A stretch of DNA of 64,000 bases from Dehalococcoidia bacterium (GTDB taxonomy: Bacteria > Chloroflexota > Dehalococcoidia > Lucifugimonadales > G963668185): contig OY764162.1 in assembly GCA_963668185.1 (NCBI GenBank), forward strand, positions 2,452,754 to 2,516,753. The letters are read 5' to 3'. The notes beneath the pieces were generated by a model. It searched no databases and was not told where the DNA came from. It saw only the letters and a list, made by a program, of their open reading frames with translations. The translations under genes were made by a program, and so were the position numbers. Positions 17,508-26,395 of the stretch are shown piece after piece (positions within the stretch are counted from its first letter, which is position 1; each line of letters begins with the position of its first letter).

Positions 17508-17536
17508 TTCATATGACAGGGCTTCGGTCGTATAAT
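17508..17536 (+). promoter_or_regulatory. candidate sigma70-type promoter (TTCATA-17 nt-TATAAT)
   Basis: There is a perfect -10 TATAAT at 17531-17536 and a weak -35 TTCATA at 17508-17513 with a 17-nt spacer. It lies inside the 368-nt intergenic region upstream of the STAS gene. Confidence 0.25.
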
Positions 17537-17692
17537 GGCCCCCGCACATGAGATTGCGTGGCAGGCAACGACCTTGTCGGCATGGCCGGCTCAGGCTAGG
17601 TCGCCTCTGAAGCCAACGGCCGGGAGGGCCGGGGCGCTTGTTTCGGGATTGACTGCTTTCCTGTAATATCTCTTGGGGGGGATGCCAGAGCA

Positions 17693-17721
17693 TTGAACAA
17701 CGTGAAGATTCATTCTAAACT
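17693..17721 (+). promoter_or_regulatory. candidate sigma70-type promoter (TTGAAC-17 nt-TAAACT)
   Basis: TTGAAC at 17693-17698, an exact 17-nt spacer, then TAAACT at 17716-17721. It sits 77 nt upstream of the STAS start at 17798, which has the SD sequence AAGGAGAG at 17784-17791. Confidence 0.35.
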
Positions 17722-17797
17722 CTAGGCAACCCAGCAAGGCGCAAATAAGATAGTCGTGCCGCCGCAGCGTGAGCGGCCTTAGCTGAAGGAGAGGGCA

Positions 17798-18136
17798 ATG
17801 GAGATAACAACCGAGCGGAACGGCGAGACTCTTATCGCCAAGGCTGAGGGCCGCGTTGACGGAGCCAACGCTCGAGACTTTCAGAATGCCTTGGAAACGG
17901 AGATCGACGAGAAGGACCGCCTCGTGCTCCTGGACCTCGAGCAACTGACGTACATCAGCAGCGCCGGGCTGCGGGTGATCCTGCTGATTGCCAAAGCGTT
18001 GCGCCGGCAGGGCGCGTCGTTCGCAGTCTGCTCGCTCTCCGATACGTTGGGTGAAGTCTTCGAGGTGAGCGGGTTCGACAAGATCATCCCGATTCACTCC
18101 TCTCCGAGCGATGCCCTCGCCGCTTTCTCCAACTGA
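17798..18136 (+). CDS. STAS-domain anti-sigma-factor antagonist (RsbV/SpoIIAA-like)
   Basis: 112 aa. LVLLDLEQLTYISSAGLRVILLIAK carries the conserved phosphorylatable Ser context (YISSAGL). Confidence 0.85.
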   Translation: MEITTERNGETLIAKAEGRVDGANARDFQNALETEIDEKDRLVLLDLEQLTYISSAGLRVILLIAKALRRQGASFAVCSLSDTLGEVFEVSGFDKIIPIHSSPSDALAAFSN

Positions 18137-18223
18137 TCAAGCCGGTCAACAACGGCTAAGCGCCACGCTCTCTCCCTTGCTGAGAACGGCAGATGGGGTA
18201 TCGCTGAGTATGGGAGCCTAGGA

Positions 18224-19393
18224 TTGGACGACTCTCCACAAACTTACAAGATCCTTGTCGTCGACGACGAGCCGGATCTGGAACCCCTCATGCTGCAACG
18301 AATGCGGCGCGATATCCGATCAGGGAAATACACGTTCGTCTTTGCCCATAACGGCGTCGAAGCGCTTGAGAAGCTCAACGAAGACGAAGACATAGACATG
18401 GTCCTGTCCGATATCAACATGCCCCAGATGGACGGCCTGACGCTGCTCCAGCAGATACCCGAGGTAGATCCGAACATTCGCTCCGTGATCATCTCGGCAT
18501 ACGGCGACATGCAGAACATACGCACCGCGATGAATCGCGGCGCGTTCGACTTCGTGACCAAGCCCCTCGACTTCGATGACCTGAAAGTAACGATCGCCAG
18601 AACGCTGCGTCACCTCGTGGAATGGCGGGAGGCCCTCTCTTCGCGCGACAAGCTGGTGGCCCTGCAGAACGAACTGGACGTAGCCAGCAAGATGCAGCAG
18701 TCGATTCTCCCGACGGAGTTTCCGCAAGGCGAGGCGTTCGATCTATTCGGAAGCATGGAGCCCGCGCGTAACGTGGGAGGCGACTTCTTCGACGTGCTGA
18801 CGCTGGATAACGACCACATCGGGCTGGCCATCGCGGACGTCTCCGACAAGGGCGTGCCCGCCGCGCTGTTCATGATGTCCAGCCGGACGTTGCTCAAGGG
18901 AGCGGCAATCGGCCTGGATGAGCCCGGCAAGGTACTTGCCGAAGTGAACGACCTGCTCAACGAGGATAACGAGGCTGAGATGTTCGTAACGATGCTTTAC
19001 GCAACCTACGATCCCAGGACCGGCACGCTGACTTACGCGAACGGCGGACACAATACGCCCGTCGTGTTCCACGCGGACGGCTCATCCACGGAACTTCCGT
19101 TGACCGGCGGAATCGCCCTTGGGCTCCTGCCGGACTTCGAATATGAGCAGAACTCGATTGAACTGGCCCCCGGGGACACGGTGGTCTTCTATACGGACGG
19201 CGTCACCGAGGCCATGAACAGCGTGGAGGAAGAGTTCGGGATGGAGCGCCTGCACGGTGTTTTCAATGGCGAGTCGCCCGAGGACGCGCAGCAGGCCAAC
19301 CAGGAAGTCTTCGAAGCCGTTCACACTTTCGCAGGCGACACTCCCCAGTCGGATGACGTTACCTGCCTGACCCTGCGCCGCAGGGAGGTCTGA
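18224..19393 (+). CDS. response-regulator receiver fused to PP2C/SpoIIE phosphatase (RsbU/HsbR/CrsR-like)
   Basis: 389 aa with a TTG start. The REC domain is KILVVDDEPD...VLSDINMPQMDG...FVTKP. The C-terminal PP2C signatures are GGDFFDV, ADVSDKG and FYTDGVTEA. Confidence 0.9.
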   Translation: MDDSPQTYKILVVDDEPDLEPLMLQRMRRDIRSGKYTFVFAHNGVEALEKLNEDEDIDMVLSDINMPQMDGLTLLQQIPEVDPNIRSVIISAYGDMQNIRTAMNRGAFDFVTKPLDFDDLKVTIARTLRHLVEWREALSSRDKLVALQNELDVASKMQQSILPTEFPQGEAFDLFGSMEPARNVGGDFFDVLTLDNDHIGLAIADVSDKGVPAALFMMSSRTLLKGAAIGLDEPGKVLAEVNDLLNEDNEAEMFVTMLYATYDPRTGTLTYANGGHNTPVVFHADGSSTELPLTGGIALGLLPDFEYEQNSIELAPGDTVVFYTDGVTEAMNSVEEEFGMERLHGVFNGESPEDAQQANQEVFEAVHTFAGDTPQSDDVTCLTLRRREV

Positions 19394-19395
19394 AG

Positions 19396-19812
19396 ATGAG
19401 TGAGACAGTCAAGTTCACAATTGAGACCAGGCCGGAGGAGCTCGAGGAGATCACCAGCCAGGTTGAAGGCCTGGCGGAACGCGAGGACTGGCCGCCGGAC
19501 CTCACCTTCAAGATCAACCTGGTCCTTGAAGAGGTGGGGCTCAACATCATGAACCACGGGCACGAGGGCGGCCTGCACGAGATAGAAGTAACGCTCATCT
19601 CAGAAGACGAATCGCTCACTTTGGAGATCATCGACGACGGGAAGCCGTTCGATCCACTGAAGGACGCCCCGCTGCCAGACATCAACGCTGAGATGGAAGA
19701 TCGGCCAATAGGCGGGCTCGGCATTCACCTTGTCCGCACGATGATGGACGAGTTGTGCTATCGGCGAGAGCAGGGCAAGAACCACTTGACCTTGGTCGCC
19801 CACAGGGGCTGA
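19396..19812 (+). CDS. anti-sigma regulatory factor, Ser/Thr protein kinase (RsbW/SpoIIAB-like HATPase)
   Basis: 138 aa. It has the N-box (LVLEEVGLNIMNHG) and G-box (DDGKPFDPL...GGLGIHLV) of GHKL kinases. It begins 2 nt after the phosphatase stop. Confidence 0.85.
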   Translation: MSETVKFTIETRPEELEEITSQVEGLAEREDWPPDLTFKINLVLEEVGLNIMNHGHEGGLHEIEVTLISEDESLTLEIIDDGKPFDPLKDAPLPDINAEMEDRPIGGLGIHLVRTMMDELCYRREQGKNHLTLVAHRG

Positions 19813-19847
19813 CGAGGCGGAGGCCTCTAAGTGTGAGGCTTCACTCA

Positions 19848-21113
19848 ATGCTTCGGAACGTCGGAATCGTCTTATCTGTTCTGTTGGCGCTTGCCCTTGC
19901 GGCGTGCGGCTCGGACAGCGCCGGACCGGAAGCTGACTCCGTTCCCACCGCGGCTGTTGACGGCGTTTCCGAGCAGGAACCCGTCGGATCCGTCGAACAA
20001 CCTCCGGACGGCGTGCCGGGCGTCTCGGACAGCGCGGTCGTCTTCGGGCAGTCCGCCGCCTTCAGCGGCCCCGCCCAGGAACTCGGCAAGAACATGCAGC
20101 TCGGGATTCTCGCCGCGTTCCAGGAAGCGAACCAGGCTGGAGGAGTCCACGGCAGGGAGCTCAAGCTCACGTTCAAGGATGACGGATACGAGCCTGAAGC
20201 CGCAGCGCAAAACACCATCTCGTTGATTGAGGAGAGCCGTGTTTTCGCCCTGATAGGAGCCGTGGGCACTCCAACGTCGCGCTCCGCCACGCCGGTGGCC
20301 GACGAAGCGGATGTCCCCTACATCGGTCCGTTTACGGGCGCTGAGTTTCTTCGAAGTCCTGACCTGCCAACAGTGTTGAACCTGCGAGCGTCCTACTACC
20401 AGGAAACTGAGGAAATGGTGGCCCGGCTGACCGAAGACCTGGGAATCCAGCGCATCGGCGTCATGTATCAGGATGACTCGTTCGGGCGGGCCGGGTACAA
20501 CGGCGCGGTCCTTGCGCTCGAGAGGCGAGACATGCAGCCGGCAGCCATCGGCCTGTATCCTCGCAACACTACGGCGGTAAAGACGGGCCTGTTGGAACTG
20601 CGGCGGGGCGATCCGCAGGCTGTGGTCGTTATCGGCGCGTACCAGCCTGTGGCCGAACTCATTGCCTGGGCGCGGCACATTGGACTGGACTGGATCTTCA
20701 TGACGGTCTCTTTCGTGGGCAGCAACGCGCTTGCGGACGAGTTGGGAGAGAACGGCGCCGGCGTTTACGTGACGCAGGTTGTGCCCTTCCCGACAGACGA
20801 TTCGATACCGGCGGTCGACGCGTACCTGAAGGCGCTGGCGGCTTACGACTCGACAGCCGTTCCAGGATTCGTTTCGCTCGAGGGCTACCTGACAGGGCGT
20901 CTGGCGATAGCAGGACTGGAAGCGTGCGGCAGGGACCTGGACCGTGAATGTTTCCTGAACAGCCTGTGGGACGCCGGCGAGTTTGACATAGACGGATTCC
21001 AGTTGCGATACGGCCGCGGCGACAACCAGGGATCTGACGAGGTCTTCCTTACGGTCATCGACAGCACAGGACAGTACCGGGCGGTTGAAACCCTTCGGGA
21101 CACGGCGCCATGA
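19848..21113 (+). CDS. lipoprotein, type-1 periplasmic binding protein (Leu/Ile/Val-binding-protein-like)
   Basis: The ORF track gives 19755..21113. I prefer ATG at 19848, giving MLRNVGIVLSVLLALALAAC with a lipobox. The PBP1 body reads VVFGQSAAFSGPAQELGKNMQLGILAAFQEANQAGGVHGRELKL. No ABC permease or ATPase gene is nearby. Confidence 0.8.
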   Translation: MLRNVGIVLSVLLALALAACGSDSAGPEADSVPTAAVDGVSEQEPVGSVEQPPDGVPGVSDSAVVFGQSAAFSGPAQELGKNMQLGILAAFQEANQAGGVHGRELKLTFKDDGYEPEAAAQNTISLIEESRVFALIGAVGTPTSRSATPVADEADVPYIGPFTGAEFLRSPDLPTVLNLRASYYQETEEMVARLTEDLGIQRIGVMYQDDSFGRAGYNGAVLALERRDMQPAAIGLYPRNTTAVKTGLLELRRGDPQAVVVIGAYQPVAELIAWARHIGLDWIFMTVSFVGSNALADELGENGAGVYVTQVVPFPTDDSIPAVDAYLKALAAYDSTAVPGFVSLEGYLTGRLAIAGLEACGRDLDRECFLNSLWDAGEFDIDGFQLRYGRGDNQGSDEVFLTVIDSTGQYRAVETLRDTAP

Positions 21114-23317
21114 AGAGCGGACTCAAGACATTCCTGGAAAGCCGCTATCGGATATCGACCCAACTCTACCTGGGGATCGGAAGCGCCGTGCTGATTACCA
21201 TGGCCGCAAGCCTGGTAGGGATATTTTCTTTCAACCGTGTGGCGGACGCTCAGATTATAGTGAGCCAGGAGAGCGTGCCGGAGGTCGTCGCGGCGTTCGG
21301 CGTGGCGCAGCATAGCGCCACGCTCGTGAACGCCGCGCCAAACCTCATATCCGCAGAAACACGCGATGAGTTGTCACAGGTATCGGCAAGTATCGACGCT
21401 ACTCGCCAAGAGATGGAGATGCAACTTGCGGTCCTGGAGACGCGGCTGGGCGGGGACGCACGATTCGAACTGATTCGTGACCGCGCGAATGTCCTTTTTG
21501 GAAACATAGAATCCATTGAGGCGGAAATGTCCGAGTTGTTCGACGTGCTCCTGTTGAAGACGGCCTTTCGGGATGAGCTGGAGGCGCTGTCGAATAACAT
21601 CGACAGAACTGTGGTTCCGGAGGCGGACAATCAGTTGTTCTTTACCGTCACGGGCTATTCCAAGCTCGGCGATTCCCCAGTCCATTCCGATACCCACTTC
21701 TCAGAGGACCAGTTCCTGTACTACCGGAATCTCTCCGTGCTGCAGACAGAGACGAATATAGCGGCCCAGCTACTGGCAACCGCCTTCACCCTATCGAACC
21801 CCGCCCTGTTGGAGCCTCTCAGAGAACGCTTCGAGTCGACAGTCGGCCGTATCGAGCAGGCATTGAACGCCACGCAAGATCGTCCCGTCCACTCAAAGGT
21901 GAAACAATCATTCCGTGCGCTGTTCGAGTTGGGAATGAGCGAATCGAGCGCCTTCAACCTGGTTGATCGAGAGTTGAAAATCGGGCAACGCCAGCGTGAT
22001 CTGCTAGCCCGCAACCGAGAAGTCGCTGCGGAACTGGTTACGGGTGTGGACGGCCTGGTCAGCCTGGCAAATGCCGACGTACAAGCCGCAACGCTTGGAA
22101 CCGAGCAAGCGGTAACTACAGGACGCACCCTGCTGGTGGTGATCAGCGCGGTAAGCGTGGGAGGCGCGATCCTCATCGCATGGCTCTACGTGGGGCGCGT
22201 CCTGCTTCGACGCCTGGGGACACTGTCCGAGCGGATGCGCTCGATGGCTGGCGGCGACCTTGAGGCAGAGGTCGAGGTCAGGGGAAGGGATGAAGTGGCG
22301 GACATGGCGGCGGCCCTGGAGGTGTTTCGCAAGCACGCGCTGGAAGTGCAGCGACTGAACCTTGTGGAGAAGCTGGCGGAGGAACTTCAGGGCAAGAACG
22401 AACAGCTTGAAAGCGTACTCGGAGAACTCAGGCAGGCGCAAGACCAGATCGTCATGCGGGAGAAGCTGGCCGCGCTCGGAGAACTCACGGCCGGCGTGGC
22501 GCACGAGATCAGGAACCCGTTGAACTTCGTCAAGAACTTTTCGGAGGCGTCCGAAGAGCTTCTGGATGAGATGAACGACGTGCTGGGAGAAGGGAAGAAC
22601 GGGGACATCAAGGCAGACGACGTATCTTACATTCAGGAGATTTCAGAGGACCTTGTCGGCAACCTCGGACGTATCCGGCAGCACAGCGAGCGCGCCAATA
22701 GAATCGTGCAGGACATGCTCATGATGGGCCGCGGGGGCAGCGACCTGCAGCCCACGGACTTGAACTTGCTGGTGGACGAGTACGCCCGACTGGCTTATCA
22801 CAGCGCCAGGGCGACGGACCCCGACTTCCAACTGCACATACAGCAGGACCTGGATCCGGAAGTTGGCGTGCTCGAGGTAGTGCCGCAGGACCTGGGCAGG
22901 GTCTTCCTGAACATGGTCGGAAACGCATGCTACGCAACAGACGAGAAGCGAAAGGCCCGTGCGAATGCCGGACCTGACGCGGAACCGTACAGCCCGACGC
23001 TGTGGGTGACTACCAAGCGCGGCGAAGAGACGGTAACCATAATCATCAAGGACAACGCCGACGGCATGCCGCAAGACGTCATCGAAAAGATCTTCAACCC
23101 CTTCTTTACGACGAAACCCACCGGGCAGGGAACGGGGCTCGGTCTCGCTATGTCAAGCGACATCGTGCGGGAGCATGGCGGCACAATCGACGTCGAGTCC
23201 GAGCAAGGCAGCCACACGTCCATGATCGTCGAGTTGCCTCTGACCCCTCCTGAGAAGTCGGTGGAACTGGAGCTGGAGACCCTTGAGCAAAGCTCTGCTG
23301 CAACCGAACCTGCATAA
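21110..23317 (+). CDS. sensor histidine kinase with a large helical periplasmic domain, HAMP, HisKA and HATPase_c
   Basis: 735 aa. It has two TM segments about 300 aa apart, a HAMP domain (RMRSMAGGDLEAEVEVRGRDEVADMAAALEVF), an H-box (LTAGVAHEIRNPLNF), an N-box and a G-box (GTGLGLAMS). Its start overlaps the PBP stop as ATGA (21110-21113). Confidence 0.9.
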   Translation: MKSGLKTFLESRYRISTQLYLGIGSAVLITMAASLVGIFSFNRVADAQIIVSQESVPEVVAAFGVAQHSATLVNAAPNLISAETRDELSQVSASIDATRQEMEMQLAVLETRLGGDARFELIRDRANVLFGNIESIEAEMSELFDVLLLKTAFRDELEALSNNIDRTVVPEADNQLFFTVTGYSKLGDSPVHSDTHFSEDQFLYYRNLSVLQTETNIAAQLLATAFTLSNPALLEPLRERFESTVGRIEQALNATQDRPVHSKVKQSFRALFELGMSESSAFNLVDRELKIGQRQRDLLARNREVAAELVTGVDGLVSLANADVQAATLGTEQAVTTGRTLLVVISAVSVGGAILIAWLYVGRVLLRRLGTLSERMRSMAGGDLEAEVEVRGRDEVADMAAALEVFRKHALEVQRLNLVEKLAEELQGKNEQLESVLGELRQAQDQIVMREKLAALGELTAGVAHEIRNPLNFVKNFSEASEELLDEMNDVLGEGKNGDIKADDVSYIQEISEDLVGNLGRIRQHSERANRIVQDMLMMGRGGSDLQPTDLNLLVDEYARLAYHSARATDPDFQLHIQQDLDPEVGVLEVVPQDLGRVFLNMVGNACYATDEKRKARANAGPDAEPYSPTLWVTTKRGEETVTIIIKDNADGMPQDVIEKIFNPFFTTKPTGQGTGLGLAMSSDIVREHGGTIDVESEQGSHTSMIVELPLTPPEKSVELELETLEQSSAATEPA

Positions 23318-23502
23318 CCGGGTGGCAGCCGTACAGCCCCAGGCCTCGGAACCCGGTCGAGTCTGCCTGTTGGCGCGCAGCGTGTCCTCCGAACGTGATA
23401 GACTCTGCAACCGTTCCAAGATGGGAAGTTGTATCAGTGCAGCAGCGCTGACTTGGCCGCAAGCGCCAAGCCGTTGATTCCACAAAACCGCGAGTCTTTG
23501 AC

Positions 23503-24936
23503 TTGAACTTAGACAGCTACGAACATGACCCGTCCATCTATGACGAGATGTTCTTTCCGAACGGCGAGCCTCGCGACCACTGCCGTCTGGTGTACGAGGC
23601 CCTGAAGCGGTTCTCCGCGGAAGAGCTTGGCAGCATCCAGGAGCTTGTCACACGGTCTTTTTCCAGCGAGGGCATCACGTTCACGGTTTACGGGGATGAA
23701 GAGGCGGACGAGCGGATCATCCCCATAGACTGCCTGCCGCGGGTGCTGTCCGGCGATGACTGGCGGCGGCTGGTGGCCGGGCTGACGCAGCGTATCGAGG
23801 CGCTGAACAGGTTCCTGGGGGACGTGTACGGCGATGCGCGCATCATCGAAGACGGCGTTATCCCGGTGGACGTGGTGCGCGGCTGCCCGCAGTACCGCGT
23901 GCAGATGCGTGGAGTGGAGCCGGTTCACGGCACGTGGGTCGCCATATGCGGCACCGACCTCGTGCGCACGAACGACGGCTTCTACGTGCTGGAAGACAAT
24001 CTTCGAGTGCCTTCAGGCGTCTCGTACATGATCGCCAACCGCAAGGCGGCGAAGGCCAGTCTTCGGAGGCTGTACCGGAACTCCGGCGTTAGCGAAGTGG
24101 AACACTACGGCCGGGTCCTGCTCGAAACCCTCCAGGAACTGGCGCCCAGGGGCAGGACCGATCCCACCATAGCCCTGCTGACGCCGGGAGTGTACAACTC
24201 AGCGTTCTATGAGCATATGTTCCTCGCCAGCGAGTTGGGCGCAGAACTTGTGGAAGGCAGGGACCTGCTGGTCAATGACGGCTTCGTCTATATGCGCACC
24301 ACGACGGGGCTGAGGCGCGTGGACGTTGTCTATCGCCGGGTGGATGACGACTTCATCGACCCTCTTGCGTTCAGGCCGGACTCGCTGCTGGGAGTGCCCG
24401 GACTGATGCACGCGTACAAGCTCGGAAACGTGTCCCTGGTCAATGCGCCCGGCACCGGAGTAGCGGACGACAAGAGCGTGTACGCTTACGTGCCGGACAT
24501 GATCCGTTACTACCTGGGAAGCGAGCCGATCCTGCCAAACGTGGAGACGTACCTGTGCCGCAGGCCGGAGGACCTGGAGTACACGCTCGACAACCTGGAC
24601 AAGCTGGTGGTGAAGCGCGTGGGCGAGTCCGGAGGATACGGCATGTTGGTCGGCCCTCACGCGACCCAGGAGGAGAGGGACGAATACGCCAAGGGGCTCA
24701 GGGCCGACCCGGCCGACTTCATATCGCAGCCCACGTTGGCGCTGTCGCGCGCGCCCTGTTTCGTGGACGACAGAATCGAGCCGCGTCACGTGGACCTGAG
24801 GCCGTTCGTGCTGCACGGCCAGCAGACTCGAATCGTCCCCGGAGCGTTCTGTCGCGTTGCGCTGAGAAAGGGAAGCCTCGTAGTCAATTCCAGCCAGGGA
24901 GGCGGCGGCAAGGACCTGTGGGTGGTAGAGGGCTAG
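23503..24936 (+). CDS. circularly permuted type-2 ATP-grasp protein
   Basis: 477 aa with a TTG start. The overall sequence is typical of the CP_ATPgrasp_2 family, which precedes alpha-E and transglutaminase genes (GYGMLVGP...FISQPTLALSR...DLRPFVL). Confidence 0.85.
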   Translation: MNLDSYEHDPSIYDEMFFPNGEPRDHCRLVYEALKRFSAEELGSIQELVTRSFSSEGITFTVYGDEEADERIIPIDCLPRVLSGDDWRRLVAGLTQRIEALNRFLGDVYGDARIIEDGVIPVDVVRGCPQYRVQMRGVEPVHGTWVAICGTDLVRTNDGFYVLEDNLRVPSGVSYMIANRKAAKASLRRLYRNSGVSEVEHYGRVLLETLQELAPRGRTDPTIALLTPGVYNSAFYEHMFLASELGAELVEGRDLLVNDGFVYMRTTTGLRRVDVVYRRVDDDFIDPLAFRPDSLLGVPGLMHAYKLGNVSLVNAPGTGVADDKSVYAYVPDMIRYYLGSEPILPNVETYLCRRPEDLEYTLDNLDKLVVKRVGESGGYGMLVGPHATQEERDEYAKGLRADPADFISQPTLALSRAPCFVDDRIEPRHVDLRPFVLHGQQTRIVPGAFCRVALRKGSLVVNSSQGGGGKDLWVVEG

Positions 24937-24985
24937 CTCGCGGGAATACATAAGCTTTAGTCGAATCGAGAATGCGGAGAGTCAC

Positions 24986-26368
24986 ATGATTTCCTTACGG
25001 ATTGGAAGGCCCGCCATCATGGCAGTCGCGGCTGCCGTAGTAGCCCTGGGCGTTGTCCTCGTGAAGCCGGGCGTCGCGCACGCCGCGGGCGTAGATGACG
25101 AGACGGCGTTCGTTCTGAACACGTTCGCCTTCCTGGTCTGGGGCGCGCTGATCATGTGGATGTGCGCCGGATTCACGATGCTGGAGTCCGGCTCGGTGAG
25201 GACCAAGAACGCATCGATGATCTGCCTGAAGAACATAGGCATATACTCGATAGCCGGGCTTGCCTATTTCATCGTCGGCTACAACCTGATGTACGGCGAG
25301 TCGATAGGCGGCTTCATCGGCTCGTTCGACCTTCTTTACGGGCCGTCCACAAGTGAGATCGCCCTCCTCAACGGAGACGAAGGCGCGCTGGCCGACGTGA
25401 CCGGCAACGGATACTCCACCATGTCGGACTGGTTCTTCCAGATGGTGTTCGTGGCAACGGCGGCCTCCGTGGTCTCAGGCACGCTTGCCGAACGTGTCAA
25501 GATGTGGCCGTTCTTCCTGTTCACCGTGGCCTTGACCGCTGTCATCTACCCGATAGTGGGCGCCTGGACGTGGGGAGGCGGTTGGCTGGCTGATCTCGGG
25601 TTCAAGGACTTCGCCGGTTCCACCATAGTCCACAGCACCGGCGGTTGGGCGGCCCTGGCCGGAGCGATCATCCTGGGGCCGCGTCTCGGCAAGTTCCGAA
25701 AAGACGGGAGTGTGAGGGCCACCCCGCCGTCCAACATCCTGGTGGTCACGCTGGGCGTGTTCATACTATGGCTCGGCTGGTTCGGATTCAACGGCGGTTC
25801 GCAACTGGCTCTCGGCAGCGCGCTGGACGCGGTGGGAATGAGCAACGTCATCGTGAACACCAGCCTAGCCGCGTCCGCCGGCGTCGTGGCCGCCCTCATC
25901 GTCTCGCGGCCAATCCTGGGCCGGATGGACCTGTTCGCCGGCCTGAACGGCGCCATCGCGGGCCTGGTGTCCATCACCGCCGGCCCCGACCTCGTCCATC
26001 ACTACTGGGCCATCGTAATCGGCGCTATCGGAGGCGGCCTGTGCGTCGGCGGCATCAAGATGCTGGAGATGCTCAAGGTTGACGACGTAGTGGGCGCAAT
26101 ACCTGCCCACCTGATATGCGGAATATGGGGAACGATGGCCGTGCCCATCTCCTCCGGCGGCGATCCCCTGGTCCAGTTGCTGGGCGTGGTCGCCATCGGG
26201 GCGTTCGTGGTAAGCGCTTCCGGCGCGGTATGGCTGGCGCTGGACAGGACGCTGGGCGTCCGCGTGTCCCGGCAGGTGGAGGAGTTGGGGCAGGACGCAG
26301 GAGAGCTTGGAATCGAAGCCTATCCGGAGTTCGTGCTGATGCCGGACCCCGTTGGGGACGACGACTAG
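24986..26368 (+). CDS. amt: ammonium transporter (Amt family)
   Basis: 460 aa with about 11 TM segments. Motifs include MWMCAGFTMLESGSVRTKN, GSTIVHSTGGWAALAGAIILGPR and PAHLICGIWGTMAV (twin-His family signature). No glnK/PII gene is adjacent. Confidence 0.9.
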   Translation: MISLRIGRPAIMAVAAAVVALGVVLVKPGVAHAAGVDDETAFVLNTFAFLVWGALIMWMCAGFTMLESGSVRTKNASMICLKNIGIYSIAGLAYFIVGYNLMYGESIGGFIGSFDLLYGPSTSEIALLNGDEGALADVTGNGYSTMSDWFFQMVFVATAASVVSGTLAERVKMWPFFLFTVALTAVIYPIVGAWTWGGGWLADLGFKDFAGSTIVHSTGGWAALAGAIILGPRLGKFRKDGSVRATPPSNILVVTLGVFILWLGWFGFNGGSQLALGSALDAVGMSNVIVNTSLAASAGVVAALIVSRPILGRMDLFAGLNGAIAGLVSITAGPDLVHHYWAIVIGAIGGGLCVGGIKMLEMLKVDDVVGAIPAHLICGIWGTMAVPISSGGDPLVQLLGVVAIGAFVVSASGAVWLALDRTLGVRVSRQVEELGQDAGELGIEAYPEFVLMPDPVGDDD

Positions 26369-26395
26369 CGCAGGGCGCGTTCATCGATCGAAGGA

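Noticed and set aside
17798-19812. A sigma factor partner for the RsbW-like kinase within the window
   Set aside because: No ORF with sigma-70 region 2 or region 4 motifs was found on either strand. The output of the partner-switching module remains unassigned.
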